Positions 1 through 9,672 are shown, numbered from the stretch's first letter. The stretch is DNA of 37,667 bases from Akkermansiaceae bacterium (GCA_051251915.1 JBPOGF010000029.1:1-37667); one strand, 5' to 3'. The notes: generated by a model from the sequence alone, not told the origin. A program made the numbers and translations.

Positions 1-9
1 AGCACTATT

Positions 10-86
10 GTGAACCGCCTTGCTACGGAACCGTATGGCAGGTGGTGTGAGAGGGAGTTAGGGGGTGACCCCGCTCCATACTCGAT
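10..86 (+). mobile_element. 3' end (domains V and VI) of a group II intron, class IIC-like; the rest lies upstream of the window
   Basis: GAACCGCCTTGCTACGGAACCGTATGGCAGGTGGTGTGAGAGG matches domain V, with a CGC triad, a TACG-GAAC-CGTA apical stem-loop and a 2-nt bulge. It is followed by a domain VI hairpin (GGGG-TGA-CCCC) and the typical ...TACTCGAT terminus. TGA at 11-13 may be the stop of the intron-encoded RT. Confidence 0.88.
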
Positions 87-98
87 TCATAAAAATTG

Positions 99-947
99 CT
101 ATGCCTGAATGGTGTGGAGGGCGATCTCGGGGAGGCAGGAGAACCTGACACGGATACCGGTGGTTCCTAGTCCTTTTGAGACGAATACGGAGCTGTTTTC
201 TTTGGTGTATTCTCCGTAGATGTATTTCTTGCCGTATTTTACTTTTTTGGGAGCATAGCCGATGAAGGGTACTCTGCATTGTCCGCCGTGGGTGTGACCG
301 GAGAGTTGGAGGTGATGGTCACGGTGCTGGAGCATGGTGTCAAAATAGTCTGGCTCGTGGACCATGGTGATGAGGGGGGCGTCTTTGGGGATGCCTTTTA
401 GTGTAGCCACTGGGTCTGGATTTCCTTTCCAGATGTAATCTGTGGCGGCGATATGGAGTTTTTCACCGTTGATGGTGAGTGCGGTGTTTTTGTTGATGAG
501 AAATTGGATTCCGTTTTTCTCAAAATTTCTTTTGAAATAGGGGCCATCAGCAATCCAGCCGTCGTGATTTCCCATACAGGCAAGGATGCCGTGTTTTGGA
601 TTGAGTTTAGCTAGATATTCTAACATTGGGTCAATGCCTGAAATGTCGTGGTTCACATAGTCGCCAGTTAGGATGATGAGGTCTGGATTGATCTTATTTA
701 CTTTTTCCACGACGGTAGAGAGCAGGTCCTCGTCTTTATCTGGTTTGTAGTGGAGGTCGGTGAGTTGGACGATCTTGAGTTGATCTAGTGCAGCAGGGAG
801 GTAGGGGACTTTAAGGTTGTTGTGTGAGATGTGGGAGATGTTTGGTTCGATGAAAAAGGCATCGGTTACCGCTAGTCCCATTGCTCCGTAGATGAATTTT
901 CTACGAGTGAGGAAATGTTTCTTTGGATTGGGTTTCTCCTCTTTCAT
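99..947 (-). CDS. Metallophosphoesterase, YkuE/YaeI-like (calcineurin-like), with a possible Tat signal
   Basis: Motifs DLH, GDYVN, GNHD, HEPD and SGHTHGGQ; N-terminal TRRKFI twin-arginine motif. Confidence 0.9.
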   Translation of the reverse strand: MKEEKPNPKKHFLTRRKFIYGAMGLAVTDAFFIEPNISHISHNNLKVPYLPAALDQLKIVQLTDLHYKPDKDEDLLSTVVEKVNKINPDLIILTGDYVNHDISGIDPMLEYLAKLNPKHGILACMGNHDGWIADGPYFKRNFEKNGIQFLINKNTALTINGEKLHIAATDYIWKGNPDPVATLKGIPKDAPLITMVHEPDYFDTMLQHRDHHLQLSGHTHGGQCRVPFIGYAPKKVKYGKKYIYGEYTKENSSVFVSKGLGTTGIRVRFSCLPEIALHTIQA

Positions 948-1816
948 GACTTGGGGAGAAAGAAGCTTCGTTGTTTATCGCTGATGGGTAATTCGAGCTT
1001 TTCCATGAGGGCTAGCATATCTTCCCAGAGTTTTCGTTTGTCTGAGTGAGCTTCGTTTTGGAGCAGGTAACTGGGGTGGTAGGTGACTCTGACAGGAGCA
1101 GGGGTGCGGGAGATGGTGTGGAATTTCTCACGAAGTTGATCATTGGTGGCGGAGCTATCTAGAAGATGTTGCGCGACCACTGTACCTAGAGCGACGATGA
1201 CTTTGGGTTTTACTACCGCTAGTTCGGCATGGATGAAGGGTGTGAATGTTTCAATTTCTTCATCGCTCGGTTTGCGGTTAGCGGTGGTTTGATTTGGCAT
1301 GGAGGGGCGGTATTTCACGAGGTGCGTGATATACACTTGGTCTCGGCTGAGGCCCATGGCTTTTAGGATGCCGTCTAGTTTTTCGCCTGCAGGGCCGGCG
1401 AATGGGTGACCTTTGGTCTCTTCGAAGTAGCCTGGTGCATCGCTGATGAACATGATGTCAGCTGATGGATTACCTCCAGAGAAGACCAATTTGTGGTGAA
1501 GGGTTCCGAGGCTTTTGGCGGCGGGCCAGTTTAGTGCTTGAGAGGTTAGTGAGGCGATCTGTTGTTCTGGGGTATCTCCTGTAGCGAGAACATTTTGCTG
1601 TGGAGGTTGGTCAGAGGTAGGTTTTGTCTCTGACTCCGTCTCCGTCTCAGCTTCTGAACTCTGGTCTGAGCTGGGGGTAAGTTTTTTGTAGCCCTTGGCT
1701 AGTAGGTAAAACTCTCGTAGTACTTTGCGAGCTGGTTCATCGAGATGGACGTGGGTTTCTCCTTTTCGCTGTAGTTGCTGGAGGTACTCGATGAAGGGCT
1801 GCACATTGGATGACAT
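944..1816 (-). CDS. Uracil-DNA glycosylase family 4-like protein
   Basis: Motifs DAPG..E...G.PF.GPAG..LD.IL, VYIT..VKYRP..NRKP and TYHPSYLL; ATGA overlap with the next gene. Confidence 0.88.
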   Translation of the reverse strand: MSSNVQPFIEYLQQLQRKGETHVHLDEPARKVLREFYLLAKGYKKLTPSSDQSSEAETETESETKPTSDQPPQQNVLATGDTPEQQIASLTSQALNWPAAKSLGTLHHKLVFSGGNPSADIMFISDAPGYFEETKGHPFAGPAGEKLDGILKAMGLSRDQVYITHLVKYRPSMPNQTTANRKPSDEEIETFTPFIHAELAVVKPKVIVALGTVVAQHLLDSSATNDQLREKFHTISRTPAPVRVTYHPSYLLQNEAHSDKRKLWEDMLALMEKLELPISDKQRSFFLPKS

Positions 1817-1870
1817 GGCTACAGATTCTCTGAGGAATGGGTGATAGTCAAGCGCATGAGTGTTGGATTT

Positions 1871-3529
1871 TTAGAGGCTATTAATTCTCCATTGGCACCA
1901 GCGCTCGCCTTCTTTGTATTCATCGCACTGACCCCAGTTTTTAGTGAGGTAGTCCCATTGTTTTTTTGCTTGCTCGAAGTATTGTTTAGCGATGCTTTTC
2001 TGTCCTGATGTGTATGCTTGGTGGCCGATGTCTCCGTAGATGATGGCGATCATGCGTCTGGCTGATGCCTCGCGTTTGCCGGCTCCTTGTTGGACAAGTT
2101 TAACGAGATATTGGACTGCTTTTTGGCCATCTGAGATGGAGTCACCTGGGGCGATCTGCATGGAAGATTTGACCCAGTAGAGAGATGCTAGGCGGTAGTC
2201 TGCCTCGTGGTTTGTTGGTTCGGCTTCTTTAAATTTGAGGACTTTAGCGATGGCTGAATCGATCATTCCCATGGCTTTAGTGCGCTCGCCGTGGTCCCAG
2301 TGGATGAATGCTTGTGATCCGTCAGCTTCTGCTGTGAGTAGGACGCTTCCGCCGCCTTGCTCGATATGGGTTCTGGCAAGTTTGAGTAGTTCGGAGGCTT
2401 TGTATTGTTCTCCTTCACGTAGTTTGTCTTCTGCTTCGAGAATTTTTACTTCCGCGAAGAGGAGGTGTGGTTTCTCTATTTTAGGGTTGTCTGTAAGAAG
2501 GGTGCTGATGTTGGCAAATGCGCGTTTTCTGAGTTTTTCTGCTTGGCCTACGCTGGTGCCGCCTTCGCTCAGCATGGCGCCATCTAGACATGCTTGGGTG
2601 AATGCGGTTCTGAGCTTGGTGTTGGTAGGGACAGCGGTGACTACTTTAGCGAGGTCATCAGATGCTTGGATGTAGAACTTGAGTGATTTTCCAGGGTCCG
2701 AGGAGGCTGTGATGTCTGCTTCTAGGAGGTTCATCATCGCTGAGAAATAAGTGGCCTTATCTGGTGATGCGGTCATCTGAGGGATCACTGCTTTTGCTTT
2801 GTCTAGGTATTCTTGGGCTTGGGCTAGCTTGCCGATTCTAGCAAACTGGGATGAGATGCTAAACCAGATACGGGCTTCGATTTCGGGTTTTTGGTCTTCT
2901 AGTTGGGCTGCTTTCCAGTTTACTTTACTGAGGTCTACTCTGTTGACTAGTCCGAGTCCGCTGTATGCCTGAGCGAGGCGAATGCGTAGTTTAGAAACTT
3001 GTGGTGCGAGTTCTGGGTAGGGGCTGAGTTGCTTGCAGAGTTCTTCCCATTTTTCACATACTGTGACGGTTCTAGCGGAGTGGTTTTCCATGTCGCTGAG
3101 GACACGGCTATTGCTTTCCCATTTCATCGCGTAGATGTCTTGGGCTATCTCAAGTGAGGCAATGAGTGGGGCGCGCCAACGTTGCTGAGCTCTTATTTTT
3201 TGTTGATTGAGGTCTACAAGGTCTTTTTTGAGGTGGTCGATCTTGTTGTCTTTGTTTTGTATATCACTACTGAGCTCAGTGGTGGCTTCTTGATAGGTCT
3301 GGCTGAATTCTTCGGCAGTTTTACTGAGCTGCTCTTGGGTGGTCTTACGCTCTAATTCTAGCTCTTTTTCTAGTTTCTCCTTATTGGTATTAGCTGCGGT
3401 AGTTTCTTTAACAGAGCTTTTCCATAGGAGGCCGAAGACGATGGCACAGACGATAGCAAGCACGCAACCGGCATCCCATAAAAGGGTCTTGAGGTTGATG
3501 CGCTGGGGGGTAGATTTTTGCTTACTCAT
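1871..3529 (-). CDS. Membrane-anchored coiled-coil, TPR-like helical hypothetical protein
   Basis: 552-aa ORF with one N-terminal TM segment, a heptad-rich region and Ala/Leu-rich helical repeats. Confidence 0.7.
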   Translation of the reverse strand: MSKQKSTPQRINLKTLLWDAGCVLAIVCAIVFGLLWKSSVKETTAANTNKEKLEKELELERKTTQEQLSKTAEEFSQTYQEATTELSSDIQNKDNKIDHLKKDLVDLNQQKIRAQQRWRAPLIASLEIAQDIYAMKWESNSRVLSDMENHSARTVTVCEKWEELCKQLSPYPELAPQVSKLRIRLAQAYSGLGLVNRVDLSKVNWKAAQLEDQKPEIEARIWFSISSQFARIGKLAQAQEYLDKAKAVIPQMTASPDKATYFSAMMNLLEADITASSDPGKSLKFYIQASDDLAKVVTAVPTNTKLRTAFTQACLDGAMLSEGGTSVGQAEKLRKRAFANISTLLTDNPKIEKPHLLFAEVKILEAEDKLREGEQYKASELLKLARTHIEQGGGSVLLTAEADGSQAFIHWDHGERTKAMGMIDSAIAKVLKFKEAEPTNHEADYRLASLYWVKSSMQIAPGDSISDGQKAVQYLVKLVQQGAGKREASARRMIAIIYGDIGHQAYTSGQKSIAKQYFEQAKKQWDYLTKNWGQCDEYKEGERWCQWRINSL

Positions 3530-3604
3530 TTAGTCAGCTATGATACATCAATTTTGGCAAATTTCCAACTTGTTTTAAGAAGGTTAATATCCCCTAAGTA
3601 TTAT

Positions 3605-4879
3605 CTATAATTGGGGCATGATTAAGCGTGCGCCGATACGGTTGTAAATGTCTTTTGGGGTGAATTTCATCTTGGCGTCTTTAAGAGTCATTCGCTTGCA
3701 ATTTTTGAGGTCGTTGTAGAACATTGCTTTTTGTTGGGCGGCTAGTGGGCTGCTTAAGACGTGAAGATTCGCTTCATCATTGATGAAGTAGGTGCGGTCG
3801 TCAAAATTTCCTGAGCCACAGATGGTTAGGTGATCGTCAATGACGATGAGTTTGCCGTGGAGCATGGTGGTTTGGTATTCGTAAATTTCTGCTCCAGCTT
3901 TCATGAGTCTTGGCCAGTAGATCTTGGATGCTTCACGGAGGATCTTGGAGTCGATGGATGCGCCAGGGACGATGATTTTGACTTCTACGCCGCGTGCAAG
4001 TGCTCGTTTGATGGCGGTAAGGAGTCGGTTGTTAGGGGCGAAGTAGGCGTGCTCGATGAGGATGGATTTCTTGGCGGCGTCAATGGCTAGGAGGTAGGAT
4101 GCCCCGAGGGTGTCTATGCGTTCTCTGGGGGCGCCCATGGTGGTTTGGACGCTCATGTTGCCGGTATTGGTGAGGGGGGGGAAGTAGTCTGGGCCGGAGA
4201 TTTGCTTGCCGGTGAGTTCTTGCCAGTTGTCTGAGAAGATGGTTTGCATGTCGGCGACTGCGGTGCCGGTGACTTTGTACATGGTGTCTCGCCATTCGCT
4301 GGGGTTGGAGGCATTTCCCATCCAGGCATTGGCGTAGCCAGCTCCGCCGGTGAAGCCTACTTTTCCGTCTACGATGAGGAATTTGCGGTGATCGCGGTTG
4401 TTGATATGGTAGAGTCTTAAAGGATTGAACTTACGGTACCATTGTAGTTGGCAGCCGGAGTTTACTAGGATGTCTGTGCAGACTTTTCCTAGTTTGCGAG
4501 AGCCGATACCATCTAGAATGACGTGGACTTTGACGCCTTGCTGAGCTTTTGCGGCGAGGGCGTGGCAGAAGTAGTAGGTCTCGGTACCGCTGACCATGGC
4601 GAAGGTCTCGAAGGTGATTGATTTCTTGGCTGAGTTAACGGCGTCTCGCATCTGGGGGAAAAATGCATCTCCGTTGGGTAGGGTGGTGACGTGGCTGCCA
4701 TCGTGCCATTTTGCTTTGGCTGCGGTGGCGAGTTTTTGTTTGAAATCTGCGGATCTGACGCTGGGGGCTGATGGTCCGAGGTTATTGTAGGCACTAGGTT
4801 TGAGCTTAGCGCACTGGGTGAGCAGTAGGCTGAGCGTGATGCAGGTGATGAGTTTGGGAAATTTTAGGAGAAAATGCAT
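3605..4879 (-). CDS. cls: Cardiolipin synthase / phospholipase D family protein
   Basis: Two HKD motifs (HRKFLIVDG, HGKLIVIDD). Start moved to ATG 4879, giving a lipoprotein-like LLLTQC signal and removing the overlap with bioA. Confidence 0.85.
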   Translation of the reverse strand: MHFLLKFPKLITCITLSLLLTQCAKLKPSAYNNLGPSAPSVRSADFKQKLATAAKAKWHDGSHVTTLPNGDAFFPQMRDAVNSAKKSITFETFAMVSGTETYYFCHALAAKAQQGVKVHVILDGIGSRKLGKVCTDILVNSGCQLQWYRKFNPLRLYHINNRDHRKFLIVDGKVGFTGGAGYANAWMGNASNPSEWRDTMYKVTGTAVADMQTIFSDNWQELTGKQISGPDYFPPLTNTGNMSVQTTMGAPRERIDTLGASYLLAIDAAKKSILIEHAYFAPNNRLLTAIKRALARGVEVKIIVPGASIDSKILREASKIYWPRLMKAGAEIYEYQTTMLHGKLIVIDDHLTICGSGNFDDRTYFINDEANLHVLSSPLAAQQKAMFYNDLKNCKRMTLKDAKMKFTPKDIYNRIGARLIMPQL

Positions 4880-4940
4880 GAGAATTTTGTTTAGTATCAA
4901 ATTGCTTGTAGCGCAAGCCATAGGGTTTAGTTTTATCTGC

Positions 4941-6194
4941 ATGGATCACGTAGAGATAGATAAGCAGCACTGTTGGCATCCTTTTACGCCACAGGAGGAC
5001 TGGACGTCGCCAGATCATGAACCGATTATGATAGAGAGTGGTGATGGGGTATGGCTGCGAGATACTAAGGGGAATGAGTACATTGATGGAAATAGTTCGA
5101 TCTGGACGAATATTCATGGGCATAGCCATCCGGTGATTAATCAGGCGATTAAGGATCAGTTGGAGAAAATTTCGCATAGTTCTTATTTGGGGTTTGGTCA
5201 TCCGTTGGCGTCTGAGTTGGCGCATCGGTTGGTGTCTTTTTTTCCGGATAGTGATTTGAAGAGGGTGTTTTTCTCGGATGATGGATCAACGGCGATTGAG
5301 TGTGCGATGAAGATGGCATTGCAGTATAGGATTCAAAATGGGGAGTCGGAGAGGACTGAGTTTATTGCTTTTTTGGGTGGTTATCATGGGGATACTATGG
5401 GTGCTGCATCGCTGGGAGGTGTGGAGGCGTTCTTTGCTAGGTTTAGGAAATTTGGGCTTACGGTTCATTTTGTTAGAGACTTGGATGAGTTGAGGGGATT
5501 TGCGACTTTAGATAAGATTGCGGGGGTTGTTATAGAGCCGCTGGTGCAGGGGGTGAACCAGATTCATGTATGGGAGCAGGGGATGTTAGAGGAGTTGAGA
5601 GCATTTACTCAGGAGAAGTCTATTCATCTTATTTTAGATGAGGTGATGACGGGGTTTGGTAGAACGGGAACGATGTTTGCGTGTCAGAGTGAGGGGGTGA
5701 TTCCGGATTTCTTGTGTTTGGCGAAGGGGCTGACTGGGGGGTATTTACCTATGGCGGCGACGCTGGTATCGGAGACGATTTATGATGGGTTTCTGGGGGG
5801 GGCAGAGCGGGCATTTTATTATGGGCATAGTTATACTGCGAATCCGTTGGGGTGTGCGGCGGCTTTGGCTAGCTTAGATGTTTTTGATGATGAGAGCACG
5901 CTAACAGGGGTGGCTGAGAAGGCGGCGTATTTGGCATACAAGCTTAGTCATTTAGCGAATGAGAGTCCGTATGTTAAGGAGGTTAGGCGGTGTGGGTTGG
6001 TGGCGGGGGTGGAGATTTCTTCGGATGTTGGGGGGATAGGGTTGAAGGTTTGTGAAGCGGCTAAAAAATATCAATTACTGACAAGGCCGATTTTGAATAC
6101 GATTGTGTTGATGCCGCCGCTATCGATTACTCGGGATGAGATAGATATCATGGTGTCGGCGCTGGAACAGGCGTTTAGGGATGTGCTGGATTAG
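4941..6194 (+). CDS. bioA: Adenosylmethionine-8-amino-7-oxononanoate aminotransferase
   Basis: WHPFT, SDDGSTAIECAMKMA, YHGDT, DEVMTGFGRTG, KGLTGGYLP and GHSYTANPL; probable start ATG 4941. Confidence 0.95.
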   Translation: MDHVEIDKQHCWHPFTPQEDWTSPDHEPIMIESGDGVWLRDTKGNEYIDGNSSIWTNIHGHSHPVINQAIKDQLEKISHSSYLGFGHPLASELAHRLVSFFPDSDLKRVFFSDDGSTAIECAMKMALQYRIQNGESERTEFIAFLGGYHGDTMGAASLGGVEAFFARFRKFGLTVHFVRDLDELRGFATLDKIAGVVIEPLVQGVNQIHVWEQGMLEELRAFTQEKSIHLILDEVMTGFGRTGTMFACQSEGVIPDFLCLAKGLTGGYLPMAATLVSETIYDGFLGGAERAFYYGHSYTANPLGCAAALASLDVFDDESTLTGVAEKAAYLAYKLSHLANESPYVKEVRRCGLVAGVEISSDVGGIGLKVCEAAKKYQLLTRPILNTIVLMPPLSITRDEIDIMVSALEQAFRDVLD

Positions 6195-6242
6195 TAGCAT
6201 TTGATGGTTGACGGGGACTCACAATTATAGAATAGTAAGGTT

Positions 6243-7028
6243 ATGATGAATGACAAATTCTGGCAAAGTTGCCTAGCGCTCGCAGTGGGATCTACCACTT
6301 TTTTTATCAGCTCATGTGCATCTGAACCGATCACGGTTCCCATACCTGGCCAGCCGGATTTGATAACTAAACCAAGTAATTCTAATCCACAGAAATACAA
6401 TGCGGCCTTAGCTAAGGCGATAGAGGTAGCGGATAGGGTGGTGATCAAGGAGCATTCTCATAAGGTTGATTTTTTTGGGACGGCTGCGGGGATTTATTCT
6501 CCACCTGAGTATGTTTATGCGCAGAAAGAACTTAGTCCTGGCGAGAAGATTATGTTTTTAGAGAGTGTTAGAAAGCTTAAGGGGGAAGTTGATAATGAGA
6601 ATACATACTGCTTGTTTGAGCCGCATCATACGATCGAGTTTTACGAGCAGGGACAGTTAAAGAGTAGTATGGAAATCTGTTATAAATGTTCTGATATACA
6701 ATGGAATGGTTCTAGTGAGGAGTCCTCAAAAGATGTTTTTGATGCACTTACGCCTGCGATTAGACGCGCAGGGATGGAGACTGAGCGTGACTGGGATACG
6801 ATGGCGGAAGAGCGCTATGAGGAAGAGAATAAACCTCAGCCGGCTGAACCTGATCCGGTAAATGTAGGGCCGCCGACGGCTAAGTGGGCACCTGGGCATG
6901 TGGGTAAAAAGGTGATTAATCCATTTACTGGTAAACAAGTGGATGTTGAGGGAATTCCGGCGAATACTAAGGTGAGGGATCCTAATGATAAAGATCCGAC
7001 TCATATTTTTAGAGTTCCTGAGAACTAA
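6243..7028 (+). CDS. Hypothetical lipoprotein with a small C-terminal Pro/Gly-rich module
   Basis: Signal peptide with lipobox ISSC; CLFEPHH and CYKC motifs; C-terminal NPFTGKQVDVEGIP...FRVP. Confidence 0.75.
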   Translation: MMNDKFWQSCLALAVGSTTFFISSCASEPITVPIPGQPDLITKPSNSNPQKYNAALAKAIEVADRVVIKEHSHKVDFFGTAAGIYSPPEYVYAQKELSPGEKIMFLESVRKLKGEVDNENTYCLFEPHHTIEFYEQGQLKSSMEICYKCSDIQWNGSSEESSKDVFDALTPAIRRAGMETERDWDTMAEERYEEENKPQPAEPDPVNVGPPTAKWAPGHVGKKVINPFTGKQVDVEGIPANTKVRDPNDKDPTHIFRVPEN

Positions 7029-7043
7029 ATATATGGAGCGGGG

Positions 7044-7784
7044 CTAGAGGAAGGGGTTGTTCTCGATTTCTAGTCCTATGCTGGTGGCAGGGCCGTGTCC
7101 GTTTAGGATGAGGGTTTCTGGTGGGAGTGTGAGGATGTTTTCTCGGATGTTAGAGAGTGCTTGCTGGTAGAGGTTCGGTGGGACTTTGCCGATGGAGCCC
7201 GCGAAGATGGCATCGCCGATGATGCAGAGTGGGGTGTCTAGTCCCTTGATGAGGTAGGCGGTGGCTTTGGGGAGATGGCCTGCTACATCGAGTGTGGTGA
7301 GGGTAAGTTTTCCGAATGTTAGAGATTTTTTTGGTTCTAACATTTGGCTGGTTGTTAGGTAGGGGGCTAGGTCTGGTTCACAGTCTGTGTGGTCATAGTG
7401 GCCGTGGGTGATGAAGAGGTGTTTCTCTTTTTGTGGGTGTTTGGAGAGGTAGTTGATGCATTGTTGCGCATCTGTTCCGGTGTCAAAGATGAGGATGTGT
7501 TTTTCGGTTTCTATGGTGAATGCGTTTACTCCTAGATGGCCGAATGGGGAGGTGAAGGTTTTTACTTCTGCGGGAATACTTACCTCTGGGTTGTAGTGGG
7601 GGAGGTTGAGGAGGCGCTTGGTGTTTAGGTTGAGGGGAGGGGCTAAGGAGCGGATGATGTCCGCATCGAATTTTCCGTTGAGGCAATTTCTTAGCCTGAC
7701 GGGATCGAGGTTTAGTGATGCTACATCAAAGCTAAGTCCGTGGATTGCTTTGCCTAGCACGTCGTTGAAATCATCTTCTAACAT
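7044..7784 (-). CDS. MBL-fold metallo-hydrolase (glyoxalase II-like)
   Basis: THGHYDH, GH, GDAIFAGSIG and GHGPATS....E...NPF. Confidence 0.9.
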   Translation of the reverse strand: MLEDDFNDVLGKAIHGLSFDVASLNLDPVRLRNCLNGKFDADIIRSLAPPLNLNTKRLLNLPHYNPEVSIPAEVKTFTSPFGHLGVNAFTIETEKHILIFDTGTDAQQCINYLSKHPQKEKHLFITHGHYDHTDCEPDLAPYLTTSQMLEPKKSLTFGKLTLTTLDVAGHLPKATAYLIKGLDTPLCIIGDAIFAGSIGKVPPNLYQQALSNIRENILTLPPETLILNGHGPATSIGLEIENNPFL

Positions 7785-9664
7785 TATTGGTCTACTTTAT
7801 GTTTAAAGAACATGGCGTAAGGGACGAAGATCACAGCGGTGAAGAGCATGAGGCCGGTGAAGAACCAGAAGAAGTTAGCTCCTTCTAGTTTGTATAGGCC
7901 GCCAGCTGTGAAGCTGTGTTTGAAGTTCTCGTTGGCGTAGTGGATGTGATCACTTTCATCGGTTGCTTTGAGTAGTGCTTTGCGCTTCTCTAGCCATGTT
8001 TGTTTCTCTGATTTTTCCTGTGGATTGTTGTCTTTAAGCTCGATGTTGAGTGAGTTATCCCAAGCGGTGAGTAGGGTTTTATCTGGGCCGGGTGAGGTGA
8101 TGCGGCAGGTGGTGCTGTTGATGACTCTGTAGGTAAGTTTTTCTCCCCATTGGTCACTTAGCTGGTCGATGAGTTGCTGACCTTTTTCTGTTAGAGGGAA
8201 TTTCCTGCCATTTTCTAGTGCATAGGATTGGATGATTTCTGATGCGGAGAGTAGTGATGTCTCGGCTGGGATGTCGCGCTTTTTGATGACCGCTTTATTG
8301 TTGTAGTGAATGGCGATGTCATCTGGTGTGTTTAATTTTTCATCGAACCCTTGGTAGGTGATCATCTTCCATGTGGGGTGGTGGGACGAGGTGATGGCTG
8401 TTGGTGATTTGAGATCCTTGAGAGCGTCTGAGACCTCGCCTTTCAGTGGGTTTTCTACTTGGATGTATGAGATGACGGTGGAGGTGATGAGATTTCCTGC
8501 GGCTACTGAGAGGAAGAAAAGTGCCATTACCATGGATTTCATGCTCTTGGGTGATCTGGTGTAGGCGAATTCTAGGCAGACGATGGAAACCATGATTTCT
8601 GCGGATGTGAGTAGGAGGTAGGCTAAGATTTGCCAGATGACGTTAGGTTGCTGTCCGGCATCGATCCATTCTTGAATGAGGGCGCTGATGGAGAATGCGA
8701 CTGCTGTGAGGAAGAGGCCAGCGCCTATTTTACGAAGTTGGGTGAGGTGGATAATCTTTTCGACAGCGGGATAGATTCCGTAGGTGAAGAGAGGTATGAG
8801 GAGGAGGATGAAGAAGGGGTTGGCGGATTGGATTTGTGATGGGAGTAATTTATATCCGAGTAGGTTCAAATTCATGTCCTGAGCTTGGAGGACCCAGGTG
8901 GATGCGGTTTGGTCGAAGAGTGACCAGAAGATGGCAACGAAGGAGAATACACCGACTAATTTTAGTAGTACTTTAAAGCCTTCGCTGGAGAAGACTTCTT
9001 GGGTGAATGATTTGCCTGCTGGTGGTACGTGGATGAATTCTCTTCTGCCTAACCAGAAAAAAAAGGTGGCTAGTGCCATTAAGACGCCGGGGGTACCAAA
9101 TGCCAAATGTGGGCCATACCATTCGAGTAGCCAAGGGATGAGCATGTTAGAGACAGCGGCTCCTAGATTGATAGAGAAGTAGAACCAGTTGAACACCTTG
9201 GTCAGCATGTGCTTGTTCTTCTGGCCGAACTGATCGCCGACATGGGCGGATACGCAGGGCTTGATGCCTCCTGCTCCTACTGAGATGAGTCCTAGGCCGG
9301 CGAGTAACCATAAGGCTGCTGGGCCGGTGACACCCATGAATGCGAGGGCTGCGTGGCCTAGGCAGTAAACGATGGAGAGGAGGATGATGGTTTTGTATTT
9401 TCCCCAGAATCGGTCACTGATGATGGCGCCTGCGATGGGGGTGAGATAGACGGCGAATACAAAGTTGTGCATGTACTCGGAGGCTTGGGCGCCTGTCATG
9501 GAGTCTGAGACGGTGTCTCCCATGAGGTGAAGATACTGGGTCATAAAGACCACGAGTGCGGCTTTCATTCCATAGAATGAAAAGCGCTCGGCTGCTTCAT
9601 TGCCGATGATGTATGGAATGCCACCAGGCATTTTGGAGGTTTCGCTTGGGGCGTCTTTGTACAT
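7784..9664 (-). CDS. POT/PTR family proton-dependent oligopeptide transporter with a large soluble insertion
   Basis: EAAERFSFYG (ExxERFxYY-like), GGIKPCVSAHVGDQF, FYFSINLG and Q..NP; probable start ATG 9664. Confidence 0.92.
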   Translation of the reverse strand: MYKDAPSETSKMPGGIPYIIGNEAAERFSFYGMKAALVVFMTQYLHLMGDTVSDSMTGAQASEYMHNFVFAVYLTPIAGAIISDRFWGKYKTIILLSIVYCLGHAALAFMGVTGPAALWLLAGLGLISVGAGGIKPCVSAHVGDQFGQKNKHMLTKVFNWFYFSINLGAAVSNMLIPWLLEWYGPHLAFGTPGVLMALATFFFWLGRREFIHVPPAGKSFTQEVFSSEGFKVLLKLVGVFSFVAIFWSLFDQTASTWVLQAQDMNLNLLGYKLLPSQIQSANPFFILLLIPLFTYGIYPAVEKIIHLTQLRKIGAGLFLTAVAFSISALIQEWIDAGQQPNVIWQILAYLLLTSAEIMVSIVCLEFAYTRSPKSMKSMVMALFFLSVAAGNLITSTVISYIQVENPLKGEVSDALKDLKSPTAITSSHHPTWKMITYQGFDEKLNTPDDIAIHYNNKAVIKKRDIPAETSLLSASEIIQSYALENGRKFPLTEKGQQLIDQLSDQWGEKLTYRVINSTTCRITSPGPDKTLLTAWDNSLNIELKDNNPQEKSEKQTWLEKRKALLKATDESDHIHYANENFKHSFTAGGLYKLEGANFFWFFTGLMLFTAVIFVPYAMFFKHKVDQ

Positions 9665-9672
9665 GATCTTTG

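Noticed and set aside
58..279. 73-aa minus-strand ORF
   Set aside because: It overlaps the phosphoesterase in another frame and the intron end, and has no protein-like features.
4800..4942. Apparent head-to-head overlap of bioA and cls
   Set aside because: It is an artefact of longest-ORF starts; the probable starts (4941 and 4879) leave a short divergent intergenic region.
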